64,000 nucleotides of DNA. Source: an uncultured Rivularia sp. GTDB taxonomy: Bacteria; Cyanobacteriota; Cyanobacteriia; Cyanobacteriales; Nostocaceae. The notes under the pieces are model-generated. The model made no database searches, was not told the DNA's origin, and worked only from the letters and a program-made list of their open reading frames with translations. Each line of letters begins with the position of its first letter. Positions within the stretch are counted from its first letter, which is position 1. The DNA is taken from NCBI GenBank assembly GCA_963665115.1, contig OY762007.1:8032001-8096000 (forward strand), given 5' to 3'. A program made the translations under genes and the position numbers. Of this stretch, positions 33,201 to 43,412 are shown one piece after another.

Positions 33201-34944
33201 AGACGGTGTTTTTAGCGTTATCTTTAGTCCCGATAATCAATATCTCATCGCTGGAAGTTTTGATAATACCGTTAGTTTGTGGCGATATAATTCCACAAAG
33301 GGTTTATTTGGAAATCGTCCTTTTGTAACCATATCAGAACCCGATAAATTATGGGCGATCGCCTTTAATCCAAATAACAATATTATCGCGACTGCAAACG
33401 AAAATGGTAAGGTGAAATTTTGGAATCTGGAAGGAAAATTAATTAAAACAATATCCGCTCACAATAAAAAAATCTGGAGTTTAAATTTTAGTCCAAATGG
33501 AAAATATTTAGCTACTGCCAGCGCCGATAATACTATTAAGACATGGAATAGCCAAGGTAGGTTTTTAAAAACCTTAATAGGTCATGAAAAAGAAGTTTTA
33601 AGCGTAAATTTTAGTCCAGATAGTAAATTTATTGTTTCTGGAAGCGAAGACGAAACAGTTAAACTTTGGGATTTGATAGGTAAATTATTGCATACATTTG
33701 CAGGTCATACCGATGAAGTTTTAGACGTGCGTTTTAGCCCTGATGGTAAATTGATTGCTTCAGCGAGTGCAGATGATACGGTTCGAGTTTGGGATGTTGC
33801 TTTAAAAGAAAAATATCAGCAAATTAGGCACAGTAGCAAAGCAATTGAAGTTAAGTTTAGTCCAACTGGTAAAACTTTAGCTACTGCAAGTGCAGATAAA
33901 ACCGTTAAGCTAAGTTATCTCAAGGGCATTTTACCAACAATTGCGGGTAGTAGCATTAGTATTAGTTCCGATGGGGAAACTATTGCGATCGCGAATGGGA
34001 ATATTGTTAGTTTGCAACGAAATTATGGATTGATAAACCGCAGAGGCGCAGAGAGAGCGGAGGGAAGAGGTGTAGAGGAGTTATCGGTTGTTTTGCAGAG
34101 AGGAAAAGGTAATAGGGAGGAAGAATTTGAAATTATTAAGGTAATATTTAGTCCTACGGGAAAGTATTTTTTGACGATTGATAGCGAGAATCAAGTCAAA
34201 GTTTGGAATCTTCAAGGAAAGCTTTTACGAAATTGGCGGGGACATGATATAGATAATACTAATAATAATCTTGGCTTTGATGCAATTCAAGATATTGATA
34301 TTAGTTCGGATGGTAAAAATATTGCCACAGTTAGCAGAGTTGATAAGCAAGTTAAGCTGTGGAATTTGTCAGGAAAGTTAATTAAAAGCTGGCAATTAAA
34401 TGATGATTTGGTTACAAGTATTAAGTTTAGTCCAGATGGAGAAATAGCAATTGCTGAAGGTAAAAATGTAACATTATGGAGCCTTCAAGGGAACTTATTA
34501 CGTATAATTACGGGTCATAATGATAATATTGCCGCCTTGAGTTTTAATTCTGATGGCAGAATAATTGCCACTGCTAGTAACGATAAAACAGTTAAACTTT
34601 GGCAGCGGGATACGGGTAAGCTGTTGCAAACTTTACCTCATAAAGACAATGTTTATGCCGTTACTTTTGGTGCCGATAATCAATTTGTGATGACTGGAAG
34701 TAAAGATAAAACTTTGAAGTTATGGAGTTTGGATGGAAAGTTACTTAATACCATCAAGGGACATCAAGCAGGAATTAAGGAAGTTGAATTTAGTGGAAAT
34801 AATAATATTTTTGTTTCGGTAGATATGGATAATAATGCGATTTTGTGGAATTTGGATATTGATGAATTGCAACAGCGGGGTTGCGATTGGTTAAAGGATT
34901 ATTTGAGGACGAATGTTGATTTGGATCGCAAGGTTTGCGATTGA
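30264..34944 (+). CDS. CHAT protease - STAND NTPase - TM - WD40 protein (split by +1 frameshift near 32939)
   Basis: CHAT dyad FFSGHS/FFNSCDG; CPYLGLAAF..FFGRE; Walker A GASGSGKSS; Walker B IIVDQFEELF; TM VIVWLIGGLIAALILAGIA; about 14 WD40 repeats; removing one base joins NQVEAL to VSTLEANNKL. Confidence 0.9.
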
Positions 34945-34967
34945 TTGGGGCGTGTTTTTTAATGTCA

Positions 34968-35120
34968 AAATCGCCTTCACCCGAAATCGCCCTCACCCGA
35001 AATCGCCCTCACCCTCGAAGGGTGGGGCTACAGGAACAAAGCCCACCTGCGTGGGCTAAATTAAGTCCGCGAAGGCGGGCTTTGTAGGTGTAGCCGCACC
35101 CTTCTAGGGTGTCGGCGATT
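34968..35120. repeat. REP doublet element preceded by 3x 16-bp tandem repeat
   Basis: (aaatcgccYtcaccc)x3, then ggctac..aaagcccacctgcgtgggct..agtccgcgaaggcgggcttt..gtagcc. Confidence 0.8.
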
Positions 35121-35152
35121 GGATTGCGAATTGTTAATTACGAATTATTATT

Positions 35153-35974
35153 ATGTCTTACAAAAAACTAATTTCCCTAACCCTAACAATAGCCACCATT
35201 ACCACAATAAATACAATCATCCCACAACTCAAAACCGGAGCCAACCAACCGCCAAATAAACAAACACAAGCTCAAACAAAAGCGAGAGATTGGTTTTCTC
35301 AAGGGATAATTAAAGCCAACAAAAAAGATTACCGAGGTGCAATTGAGGATTTTACAAAAGCAATTGAAATTAATCCCCGATACGCATCAGCTTATTATCA
35401 ACGGGGTTTAATTTACGCTAATTATGCTCGCGGTAAAATATTGCGCTCCGATGGTACTTTACCCGGATGCGTGAGAGTTGATGAATATAGTGTTAGCTGT
35501 GAAGTTAAGGTAACTGCTAATTGGAAAAAGCAGAATCAACAACAAGCTATTAAAGATTTTAATCGTGTAATTGCAATTAGTCCTCGGTATGCAGCAGCCT
35601 ATCATCAAAGGGGATTGATTCAAGAAAATCGACGAGATAAGTTAAAGGATTTGCAGTTTGCAGCTTTAACTTATTTGCAGTTTAATAATTATTCAGCAGC
35701 AGCGAATGTTTTAGAAGATATCGATCAATTGTATTTAGAAGAAAATCCAGATGCGGGAATAAGAGAACGTCCTACGGGTTCTTCTGGATTGTCTGCTGAA
35801 TTGAAAAAATCGCCTTATCAGTTAATGATTGAAGGGCGGGAGGCTTTGAGAAAAGCGGATAAGAAAACTGCTTTGAGGAAGTATAGGTTGGCTGCGAGGA
35901 AGTTAAGAAGCGATAGGAAGAAGTATAGGGAAGTGCAGCAGATTATTGCAGCGATTGAGGGGAAGAAGAGGTAA
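35153..35974 (+). CDS. Secreted TPR protein
   Basis: N-terminal signal-like segment; AIEDFTKAIEINPRYASAYYQRG and AIKDFNRVIAISPRYAAAYHQRG. Confidence 0.85.
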   Translation: MSYKKLISLTLTIATITTINTIIPQLKTGANQPPNKQTQAQTKARDWFSQGIIKANKKDYRGAIEDFTKAIEINPRYASAYYQRGLIYANYARGKILRSDGTLPGCVRVDEYSVSCEVKVTANWKKQNQQQAIKDFNRVIAISPRYAAAYHQRGLIQENRRDKLKDLQFAALTYLQFNNYSAAANVLEDIDQLYLEENPDAGIRERPTGSSGLSAELKKSPYQLMIEGREALRKADKKTALRKYRLAARKLRSDRKKYREVQQIIAAIEGKKR

Positions 35975-36028
35975 AGGAACAGGAAAAGAGAGACTAATGA
36001 AGACTCTCGTTCCCAATTGCTTTTAATC

Positions 36029-36122
36029 TAGGACTTAGGCAAAGCCCCCCAAATTAGCGGGGGTTGGGGGGATCTAAACTTCTGGAATGCCTAACATACC
36101 GTTGCAATTGCGTAAGTCCCTA
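36029..36122. mobile_element. MITE-like AGGACTTACGCA-type TIR shell
   Basis: taggacttaggcaa / ttgcgtaagtcccta enclosing ccccccaa...ttgggggg. Confidence 0.7.
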
Positions 36123-36140
36123 TAATCCTTTGCCTCCAAA

Positions 36141-39100
36141 TTAACGAAGCTGCGATAGTAAAGTTTGAATTTTAGAACTAGCTAGTAATTTTTGAGCATC
36201 ATTAATTAAACGCTCACCCCAAAGGTTATCTTTCTGAACTTTGATATCAGCAAAGCTTTTATCTCTTTGTAAAGCAGTTTCAGCTAACTTATAGGCTTGC
36301 TCTTGTTCTCCTTGAATATATAAAGCTACTGCAAGAGCGAAGAGAATCTCAGCAGATTTATTATCGACATTTAGAGCTTGTCGCCATTGTTTAATAGCAG
36401 CATCTATTACTCCTTTATCGTATTGAATCAAACCGATATTAGTGATAGCTACAAAGTTTTTTGTATCTTTAGCTAGCGCTTGATTATAGTCATTTAGTGC
36501 TGCGGAATAATTCCCTTGTCTATGATACGATATTCCTCGTTTGGAGTAATTACTAACATCTTCAGGATTAATTTCGATTGCTTTGCTGTAGTCAGCTACT
36601 GCTGAATTCCATTTTTTTTGCTTGATGTAAATACCTGCTCTAAATTGGTAAAGCTTAGCATCATTAGGATTAATTTGAATGGCTTTATTCAAATCAGCCA
36701 GTGCTAAATCCAATTTGTTTTGGTTATAGAAAGCAAATCCTCGATACAAGTAAGCTTCGACGTAATTAGGATTAATTTCGATTACTTTGCTATAATCAGC
36801 TACTGCTTTTTCCCATTTTTTATGTTGAGAGTAAGCTGTCCCTCGAAATTGATAATACTTAGCATTCTTAGGATTAATTTCGATCGCTTTGTCAAAATCA
36901 GCCACTGCTTTTTCCCATTTTTTCTGCAATGCATAAAGATTTCCTCTAAATTGGTAAAGTTCAGCATCATCGGGATTAATTTGAATGGCTTTGCTATACT
37001 CAGCGGCTGCTAAATCCCATTTTTTCTGCTCGAAGTAAATACTTGCTCTAAATTCATAAAGCTTACCATTATTATAATTAATTTGAATTGCTTTATTAAA
37101 ATCAGCCAGTGCTAAATCTAATTTGTTTTGATCATCTAAAATGAATGCTCGATTAATGTAAGCTTGAGTTAATTTAGGATTAATTTGAATAACTTTACTA
37201 AAATCAGCCAGTGCTAAATTCTGTTTTTTCTGGCTTTTATAAAGAATTCCCCTATTCAAGTAAGCTTCGAGGTATTTAGGATTAATTTGAATCGCTTTGC
37301 TGTAATCAGCAAGTGCTAAATCCTGTTTTTTCTGGTCAGAGTAAAAATTTCCTCGATTGTAGTAAGCTTGAGCATATTCAGGATTAATTTGAATTGCTTT
37401 GTTGTAATCAGCAAGTGCTAAATCTAATTTTTTCTGCTTATAGTAAAGATTTCCCCGATTATTGTAAGCACTATCATTTTCAGGATTAATTTGAATCACT
37501 TTGCTGTAATCATCTAGCGCTAAACCTAATTTTTTCTGGTCATAGTAAAGAGTTCCCCGATTGTAGTAAGCTTGAGCATATTCAGGATTAATTTGAATCG
37601 CTTTATTGTAATCAGCAAGTGCTAAATCCCTTTTTTTTTGGTCATTATAAAGATTTCCCCGATTATTGTAAATTTCAGACAATTGAGGATTAATTTGAAT
37701 TGCTTTATCGTAATCAGCAAATGCTAAATCCCATTTTTTCTGGCTATAGTAAACAAGTCCTCGATTGCTGTAAGCAATGTCATAGTCAGGATTAATTTGA
37801 ATTGCTTTATCGTAATCAGCTAGCGCTAAATCCCATTTTTTCTGGCTATAGTAAACAAGTCCTCGATTGCTGTAAGCAATGTCATAGTCAGGATTAATTT
37901 GAATTGCTTTATCGTAATCAGCTAGCGCTAAATCCCATTTTTTTTGGTCATCGTAAAAATTTCCCCGATTGTAGTAAGCTGTAGCATTTTTGGGATTAAT
38001 TTGAATCGCTTTGTTGTAATCAGCTAACGCTAAATCTAATTTTTTCTGGTCATCATAAACAGTTCCCCGATTGTTGTAAGCTTCAGAAAATTGAGGATTA
38101 ATTTGAATCGCTTTGTTGTAATCAGCAAGTGCTAAATCCTCTTTTTTCTGGTCTTTGTAAAGAACTCCCCGATTTAAGTAAGCTATAGCATTTTTAGGAT
38201 TAATTTGAATCGCTTTGTTGTAATCAGCTAATGCTAAATCCCATTTTTTCTGGTCTTTGTAAAGATATCCCCGATTGTTGTAAGCACTGTCATAATTAGG
38301 ATTAATTTGAATCGCTTTATTATAATCAGCTAATGCTAAATACCATCTTTTCTGGTCTTTATAGAGATTTCCTCGATTATAGTAACCACTAGCATATTCA
38401 GGATTAGTTTGAATTGCTTTGCTGTAGTCAGCAACTGCTAAATCCCATTTTTTCTGGTCATGGTAAAGATTCCCTCGATTTAAGTAAGTATCAGTATCAT
38501 TAGGATTAATTTGAATCGCTTTATTGTAATCAGCTAATGCTAAATCCAGTTTTTTTTGGTCTTTGTAGAGATTTCCTCGATTATAGTAAGCCATAGCAAA
38601 TTCAGGATCGATTTGAATCGCTTTGTTTAAATCAGCTAGCACTAAATCCGACTTTTTTTGTTCATTGTAAATATTTCCCCGATTTAAGTAAGCTAGAGCG
38701 TATTCAGGATTAATTTGAATCGCTTTGTTATAATCAGCAAGTGCTAGATCCTGTTTTTTCTGGTTATGGTAAACATATCCCCGATTTAAGTAAGCATCAG
38801 CATATTCAGGATTAATTTGAATCGCTTTGTTGAAATCAGCTAGCGCTAAATCCTGTTTTTTCTGGTCATCGTAAAAAGTTCCCCGATTAAAGTAAGCCAT
38901 AGTAAATTCAGGGTTCATTTGAATTGCTTTGTTAAAATCAGCTAGCGCTAAATCCCATTTTTCTTGGTCATAGTAAACATTTCCTCTATTTAAATAAAAC
39001 GCAGCACGAGGACTAAGTTTAATTGCTTGTTGAATTGCTATTTTTGCTTCTTTATACTGTTTTGATTCACGCAAAACTACGTGCTTTTCGTTATACAGAT

Positions 39101-41024
39101 TTGGGTTTTGTGGCTGAAGCTTAATTGCTTTATTTGTTGCTATTAATGCTTTGTCAAACTCTTTTAATTTTCTATGGGCTGAGCTTAAGGTTTCCCAAGC
39201 AGCAACAAAGTTAGGTTTTAAATTGACAACTTGATTTAATGCAGCAATAGCTTCTTTATATTCTTTCTGTCGTATTAAGGTTAAACCTTTACCATAGAAA
39301 GCCAAATAAACAAAAGATGGTTTTTGGTTAATCGCTTCATCAAAGGCTTTAACTGCTTCATCATAACGACGCAACCGCCATAATTGATTTCCTCTTTCTA
39401 ACCATTGGGAAGCAGTCGCATTTCCTCCAGAAACGTCAATTGATAATACTGCTTCTTCAATTGACTTCTTTTTTTGTGCATTTAGCTGTATTGGTCTGGT
39501 ATTTTGTAGCTGTTGCGGTTTTACATCCAATCGGGGAACTAACCCTAAAAAGGTACTTACAGGAATACCCAAACTAAATCCAATTTGAACTGGAACATCT
39601 CCAGTTTCTTCTCCTTCACTACGTCCGTGAATACCAATTACTCTTCCTTGGGAATCTAAAACCGGACCTCCACTCATTCCACCATAGGTGATACTGGTGT
39701 AAACTAATTCATACCCTCCTGTTAATGAATTCGCTGTTTGTGCTTTACCAGAATTCTCACTTTGAAAATCGGATTGTCTAGCTTGTAATAATCCACTTTC
39801 TTTTTCAAAAATTCGTCCTACTGTAAATCTCCAAGGTGAATTGTTTTTTAATTTGGGAAATCCGGCAGTAAATATAAAATCATCTTTATTAGGATTGTAA
39901 TTAGCAAGAGTTGCTATTTGATAATTTTGGGAACTCTCAAACTTAACTACCGCTAAATCAACCCCTTCTTCAATTTTGATACTGCTTTCATCTACAGCAT
40001 ATTTATTCCCATTTGACGCTAAGATTTGATAATTAAAATCACCACACGGCTTTGTTGCATCTTGTCTTTCACACAACACATGAGCCGCTGTTAATACTGT
40101 GTAAGTATTACCTTCTTTAGCAATAATTATTCCCGAACCATTTGCATTACTACTACTATCAATTCTCACCGTAAATTGTTTTGCTTTTTGTTCTAAATCT
40201 CCCAACCATCCTGTTGGTTTTATTGGCGGTACAGTAATAGAAGATTTTGGTAAAGGCAATTTATAAGCAGTCAACACATCTCTATCAACCCAGGTTAAAA
40301 CAGTTGAAATTGGAATCCCCCAACTCAACTTTCTCATTTCTGTAATTTCGGCTTCACTCGGACGTTTACCATTTTGATAAACATAACCTGTATTCAAAAT
40401 CGGATAAGCACTTTTACCATTTATTCCTACAAGTTCTCCCATAGAATTGAGAATTGCACCACCGCTCATTCCTTGTTCGATGTTGCTGCTATAACCGATT
40501 TCGTATCCTTCTTTTAAGTTAGAAGTCTTTTTAACTTCTCCTTCACTAAATGCAATTTTTCCCGTAGAACCAGAAAAACCAGAAGCTAAAATAGTTGTAT
40601 TAATATCGGGTGTTGCTTTAGAAATTTCTGCTAAACAATAATTTTGACTGCTTTGGAATTTTAGTAAGGATATATCTGAATTTTTAAAGTTGTTTTGCGG
40701 GACTATTTCTGCTGAATAAGTTTTACCGTCAGCGGTTTGCAGTTTAATCGAATTCACACCTTGAATTACATGAGAATTTGTGAGAACTAAATAATTATTA
40801 CCTTGTTTACCGATAAGCGTTCCTGAGCCACCGTTGTTATCGCCGATGACTTTTACTGTTATTTGATTGGCTAGGGTTTGTAGTTCTTTTGTTGAATATT
40901 CTTCTTGTTCTCGTTCGATTTTGCAAGTTGAATTTTGGGCTATGGAAGGGGGTGCGGCTTTGATAGGAACGGTGGGAATTTGGAGGAGGAGTAGGGAGGA
41001 GAGAAGGTAATGGTTAAGGTTCAT
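36141..41024 (-). CDS. Secreted protein with two trypsin-like serine protease domains and about 30 TPR repeats
   Basis: Triads TNSHV/DISLL/GMSGG and TAAHV/DLAVV/GMSGGP; 34-aa repeats AYxNRGxxYxxQKKxDLALADYNKAIQINP; ATG 41024 precedes a signal-like segment. Confidence 0.9.
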   Translation of the reverse strand: MNLNHYLLSSLLLLQIPTVPIKAAPPSIAQNSTCKIEREQEEYSTKELQTLANQITVKVIGDNNGGSGTLIGKQGNNYLVLTNSHVIQGVNSIKLQTADGKTYSAEIVPQNNFKNSDISLLKFQSSQNYCLAEISKATPDINTTILASGFSGSTGKIAFSEGEVKKTSNLKEGYEIGYSSNIEQGMSGGAILNSMGELVGINGKSAYPILNTGYVYQNGKRPSEAEITEMRKLSWGIPISTVLTWVDRDVLTAYKLPLPKSSITVPPIKPTGWLGDLEQKAKQFTVRIDSSSNANGSGIIIAKEGNTYTVLTAAHVLCERQDATKPCGDFNYQILASNGNKYAVDESSIKIEEGVDLAVVKFESSQNYQIATLANYNPNKDDFIFTAGFPKLKNNSPWRFTVGRIFEKESGLLQARQSDFQSENSGKAQTANSLTGGYELVYTSITYGGMSGGPVLDSQGRVIGIHGRSEGEETGDVPVQIGFSLGIPVSTFLGLVPRLDVKPQQLQNTRPIQLNAQKKKSIEEAVLSIDVSGGNATASQWLERGNQLWRLRRYDEAVKAFDEAINQKPSFVYLAFYGKGLTLIRQKEYKEAIAALNQVVNLKPNFVAAWETLSSAHRKLKEFDKALIATNKAIKLQPQNPNLYNEKHVVLRESKQYKEAKIAIQQAIKLSPRAAFYLNRGNVYYDQEKWDLALADFNKAIQMNPEFTMAYFNRGTFYDDQKKQDLALADFNKAIQINPEYADAYLNRGYVYHNQKKQDLALADYNKAIQINPEYALAYLNRGNIYNEQKKSDLVLADLNKAIQIDPEFAMAYYNRGNLYKDQKKLDLALADYNKAIQINPNDTDTYLNRGNLYHDQKKWDLAVADYSKAIQTNPEYASGYYNRGNLYKDQKRWYLALADYNKAIQINPNYDSAYNNRGYLYKDQKKWDLALADYNKAIQINPKNAIAYLNRGVLYKDQKKEDLALADYNKAIQINPQFSEAYNNRGTVYDDQKKLDLALADYNKAIQINPKNATAYYNRGNFYDDQKKWDLALADYDKAIQINPDYDIAYSNRGLVYYSQKKWDLALADYDKAIQINPDYDIAYSNRGLVYYSQKKWDLAFADYDKAIQINPQLSEIYNNRGNLYNDQKKRDLALADYNKAIQINPEYAQAYYNRGTLYYDQKKLGLALDDYSKVIQINPENDSAYNNRGNLYYKQKKLDLALADYNKAIQINPEYAQAYYNRGNFYSDQKKQDLALADYSKAIQINPKYLEAYLNRGILYKSQKKQNLALADFSKVIQINPKLTQAYINRAFILDDQNKLDLALADFNKAIQINYNNGKLYEFRASIYFEQKKWDLAAAEYSKAIQINPDDAELYQFRGNLYALQKKWEKAVADFDKAIEINPKNAKYYQFRGTAYSQHKKWEKAVADYSKVIEINPNYVEAYLYRGFAFYNQNKLDLALADLNKAIQINPNDAKLYQFRAGIYIKQKKWNSAVADYSKAIEINPEDVSNYSKRGISYHRQGNYSAALNDYNQALAKDTKNFVAITNIGLIQYDKGVIDAAIKQWRQALNVDNKSAEILFALAVALYIQGEQEQAYKLAETALQRDKSFADIKVQKDNLWGERLINDAQKLLASSKIQTLLSQLR

Positions 41025-41068
41025 TTTAGGAGGTGGGTGAAAGGTGAATGGATGGCGTATAAATACCT

Positions 41069-41175
41069 GGCGATTCAAATCGCGGCTACACAGACAAAGT
41101 CCGCCTTCGCGGACTATTTAGCCCACGCAGGTGGGCTTCGTTTGTGTAGCCCCAGACTTCCAGTCTGAGGGTGGT
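41069..41175. repeat. REP doublet element
   Basis: gcggctacacagacaaagtccgccttcgcggact..agcccacgcaggtgggcttcgtttgtgtagcccc; same family as 34968-35120. Confidence 0.8.
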
Positions 41176-41193
41176 GGCGAGAAATAACGGGTT

Positions 41194-41799
41194 TTAATCC
41201 TCAACCTCTACCAAAGGTGCTTTATCAAAAACATTCTGCATTTCAACGTGTAATTGCTTACCTGAACTTTGTAAAAGAATAGTTGAAGTATCTCCTCCAA
41301 TTATCCCTAGAAGTCTTTGTAAAACGAACTTAGGATCATGACCGTGTTTGATGGTAAATAAGTGATTATCTTTAGTACAACTTTCCCCTTGTTTTGCCGC
41401 ACAAATTACTGGATACCCGTTACGTTTTCCAGTTGATAAATAATCTAATCTACCTTCGTCATAATATTTCTGAAAATTCTTCGTTACCGATTCACAACGT
41501 TTCTCCGGACTCCAAGTTGAAAAATATTCAGATTTCCAGCCAATTAAACGTACATGACCATTTCGTTTGGGAACCCAAGCAACTGTTGCAGGAATGTTTC
41601 TTTCACCTGCTGAATCAAATATTTCTTTGCACAGGAAGGTAACGGAATCGGATTTAGTATTTTCGGCTTTTTCTTGGGTTGAAGTATCTGGTGTATTTTC
41701 AACTGCCGTCTGACTAAAAGTTGGTGAGATGCTGTTAGCTAAAGCGATAATTGTGGTTAATGCAGAGAGTCCGATGTTTAGAATTATTTTGCGCTGCAT
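41194..41799 (-). CDS. COP23-domain secreted protein
   Basis: Signal peptide; FLC..PATVAW, LIGWKSEYF, WSPEKRCESVT, LSTGKRNGYPVICA..C..LFTIK. Confidence 0.85.
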   Translation of the reverse strand: MQRKIILNIGLSALTTIIALANSISPTFSQTAVENTPDTSTQEKAENTKSDSVTFLCKEIFDSAGERNIPATVAWVPKRNGHVRLIGWKSEYFSTWSPEKRCESVTKNFQKYYDEGRLDYLSTGKRNGYPVICAAKQGESCTKDNHLFTIKHGHDPKFVLQRLLGIIGGDTSTILLQSSGKQLHVEMQNVFDKAPLVEVED

Positions 41800-41859
41800 G
41801 GGTTTGATTCCTTTGTTTTTGAATTAAATAAATATTGAGAAATTAGAAGCTGCACGCAA

Positions 41860-41974
41860 TACCCTAGAAGGGTATCGCTACATTTACTAAGCCTGTCTTC
41901 ACAGGCTTCAAATTCATAGTCCACGCAGGTGGGCTTTGTTTGTGTAGCCCCACCCTTCGAGGGTGAGGGCGATT
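41860..41974. repeat. REP doublet element, inverted relative to 35000-35120
   Basis: accctagaagggt..agtccacgcaggtgggctttgtttgtgtagccccacccttcgagggtgagggcgatt. Confidence 0.8.
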
Positions 41975-42006
41975 GTGGTTGATTACTAAACACCCCGAGA
42001 ATCCTT

Positions 42007-43155
42007 TTAAGGCTCAACAACCGCTTGCAAACTATAATCACCAGTTTCTTGATACGGAGAACTTGCGAATAAATAATAAACTCCATCTGCTGACAAAGTT
42101 GCTGTAATTTGAGCGTTAAAATCGCCTGCTCCTCTGTCGTCGTTCTCCGCGACTTTTTTGAATTGTTTTCCTTCGTTTGTTTCAATCATTTGATACAACG
42201 TCAAAGATGGATTAATCTGTTTACTTGTCATTTCAATGACTAGTTTTTGACCTCTTCTAGCTTGAAATTGATAGGAGTCAATAAAGCTGCCAGCTAAGTT
42301 AATGTCTGGAAAATATTTACGAATATCATTAGCTGGAAAATCACCTTGAGCTAAACTACCGTTAATTATTTGACCGTTAAGGGAGATTGCTTGAATAGTT
42401 GGTGGTTGCCACTTTTGTAAAGTCGAAGTCGCAGATAAATCACCTTTCCTCGCAGCAGCTATAAATGAACGTAATTTGTCAACAGGAATTGCAAAATTCA
42501 TTCCTGTATTTGTCTTTCCAGGTCCTACTACTCCTGATTTATTAACACCCACTACTTCACCTTTAGTATTAAGTAAAGGTCCGCCAGAATTTCCACCGTG
42601 AATTCCTGCCGAATGTTGAATATCTCCACTACTACGGTCAATCCTAGTAATACTTCCTTGGGTAAACGTATCGTTTACACCGTGAGGTGAACCAAGGGCA
42701 AAAACGCGGTTAGTAACTTCCGCACTACCATTAGATGCCAATGCAAGCGTCCGCAAGTTCTTCTGTCCGTGAATTTTCAGTACTGCTAAATCTAATCCAC
42801 CTTTAGCAAAACCAAGCACGTCAGCGGGAAGTTGTTTACCATTTGCAAATTTAACGGTAACTACACTCGGACTTCCTTCTACAACATGAGCGTTGGTAAT
42901 AATCAATCCATCTTGACTGACAACGAAACCACTTCCGACTCCTCTACCATCTTTAACCGTCACAACACCAGGACTCGCTTTTTTATACACGCTGCGAGCA
43001 ATTTGTTCTTCTGCGGTTTGCGCGATCGCACTGTTGGAATGCCCTAATTTATCGCCTCGACTAGATAGTACTTGTTCGACAAATGCCAAACCAATTAAGT
43101 TAAATAAAACACACAGTGTCAAGCCACTTAATCGAGATATTTTACTGTTAATCAT
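42007..43155 (-). CDS. Trypsin-like serine protease with C-terminal PPC-type domain
   Basis: GSGF, TNAHV, DLAVL, GNSGGPL; C-terminal DSYQFQA..VIEMTS..AENDD..AQITATL..G.Y. Confidence 0.9.
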   Translation of the reverse strand: MINSKISRLSGLTLCVLFNLIGLAFVEQVLSSRGDKLGHSNSAIAQTAEEQIARSVYKKASPGVVTVKDGRGVGSGFVVSQDGLIITNAHVVEGSPSVVTVKFANGKQLPADVLGFAKGGLDLAVLKIHGQKNLRTLALASNGSAEVTNRVFALGSPHGVNDTFTQGSITRIDRSSGDIQHSAGIHGGNSGGPLLNTKGEVVGVNKSGVVGPGKTNTGMNFAIPVDKLRSFIAAARKGDLSATSTLQKWQPPTIQAISLNGQIINGSLAQGDFPANDIRKYFPDINLAGSFIDSYQFQARRGQKLVIEMTSKQINPSLTLYQMIETNEGKQFKKVAENDDRGAGDFNAQITATLSADGVYYLFASSPYQETGDYSLQAVVEP

Positions 43156-43412
43156 AACTTTACATTTACTTCATAGACTCTACATCAGCGGTTAATACCG
43201 AATAAAAAGCGATTATTGTGCAAGGTAATTTAATTGACCATATAACCTACGCTAATATCAGTCAATACACTTAACTGAAATCTTTTTGTGTAAACTCAAC
43301 TCGCACCCCCCGAAATTACCTTCTGATAGGATTACTGACCGAGGAGTGCTTTTTTACGCAAGTTATTTAATTTTTTTTAAGTGTTTTATTCTTTTGTGGG
43401 GGAATATTGTTT

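Noticed and set aside
36141..39000. Diversity-generating retroelement target or template repeats
   Set aside because: No reverse transcriptase, no non-coding template copy; repeats are in-frame TPR units
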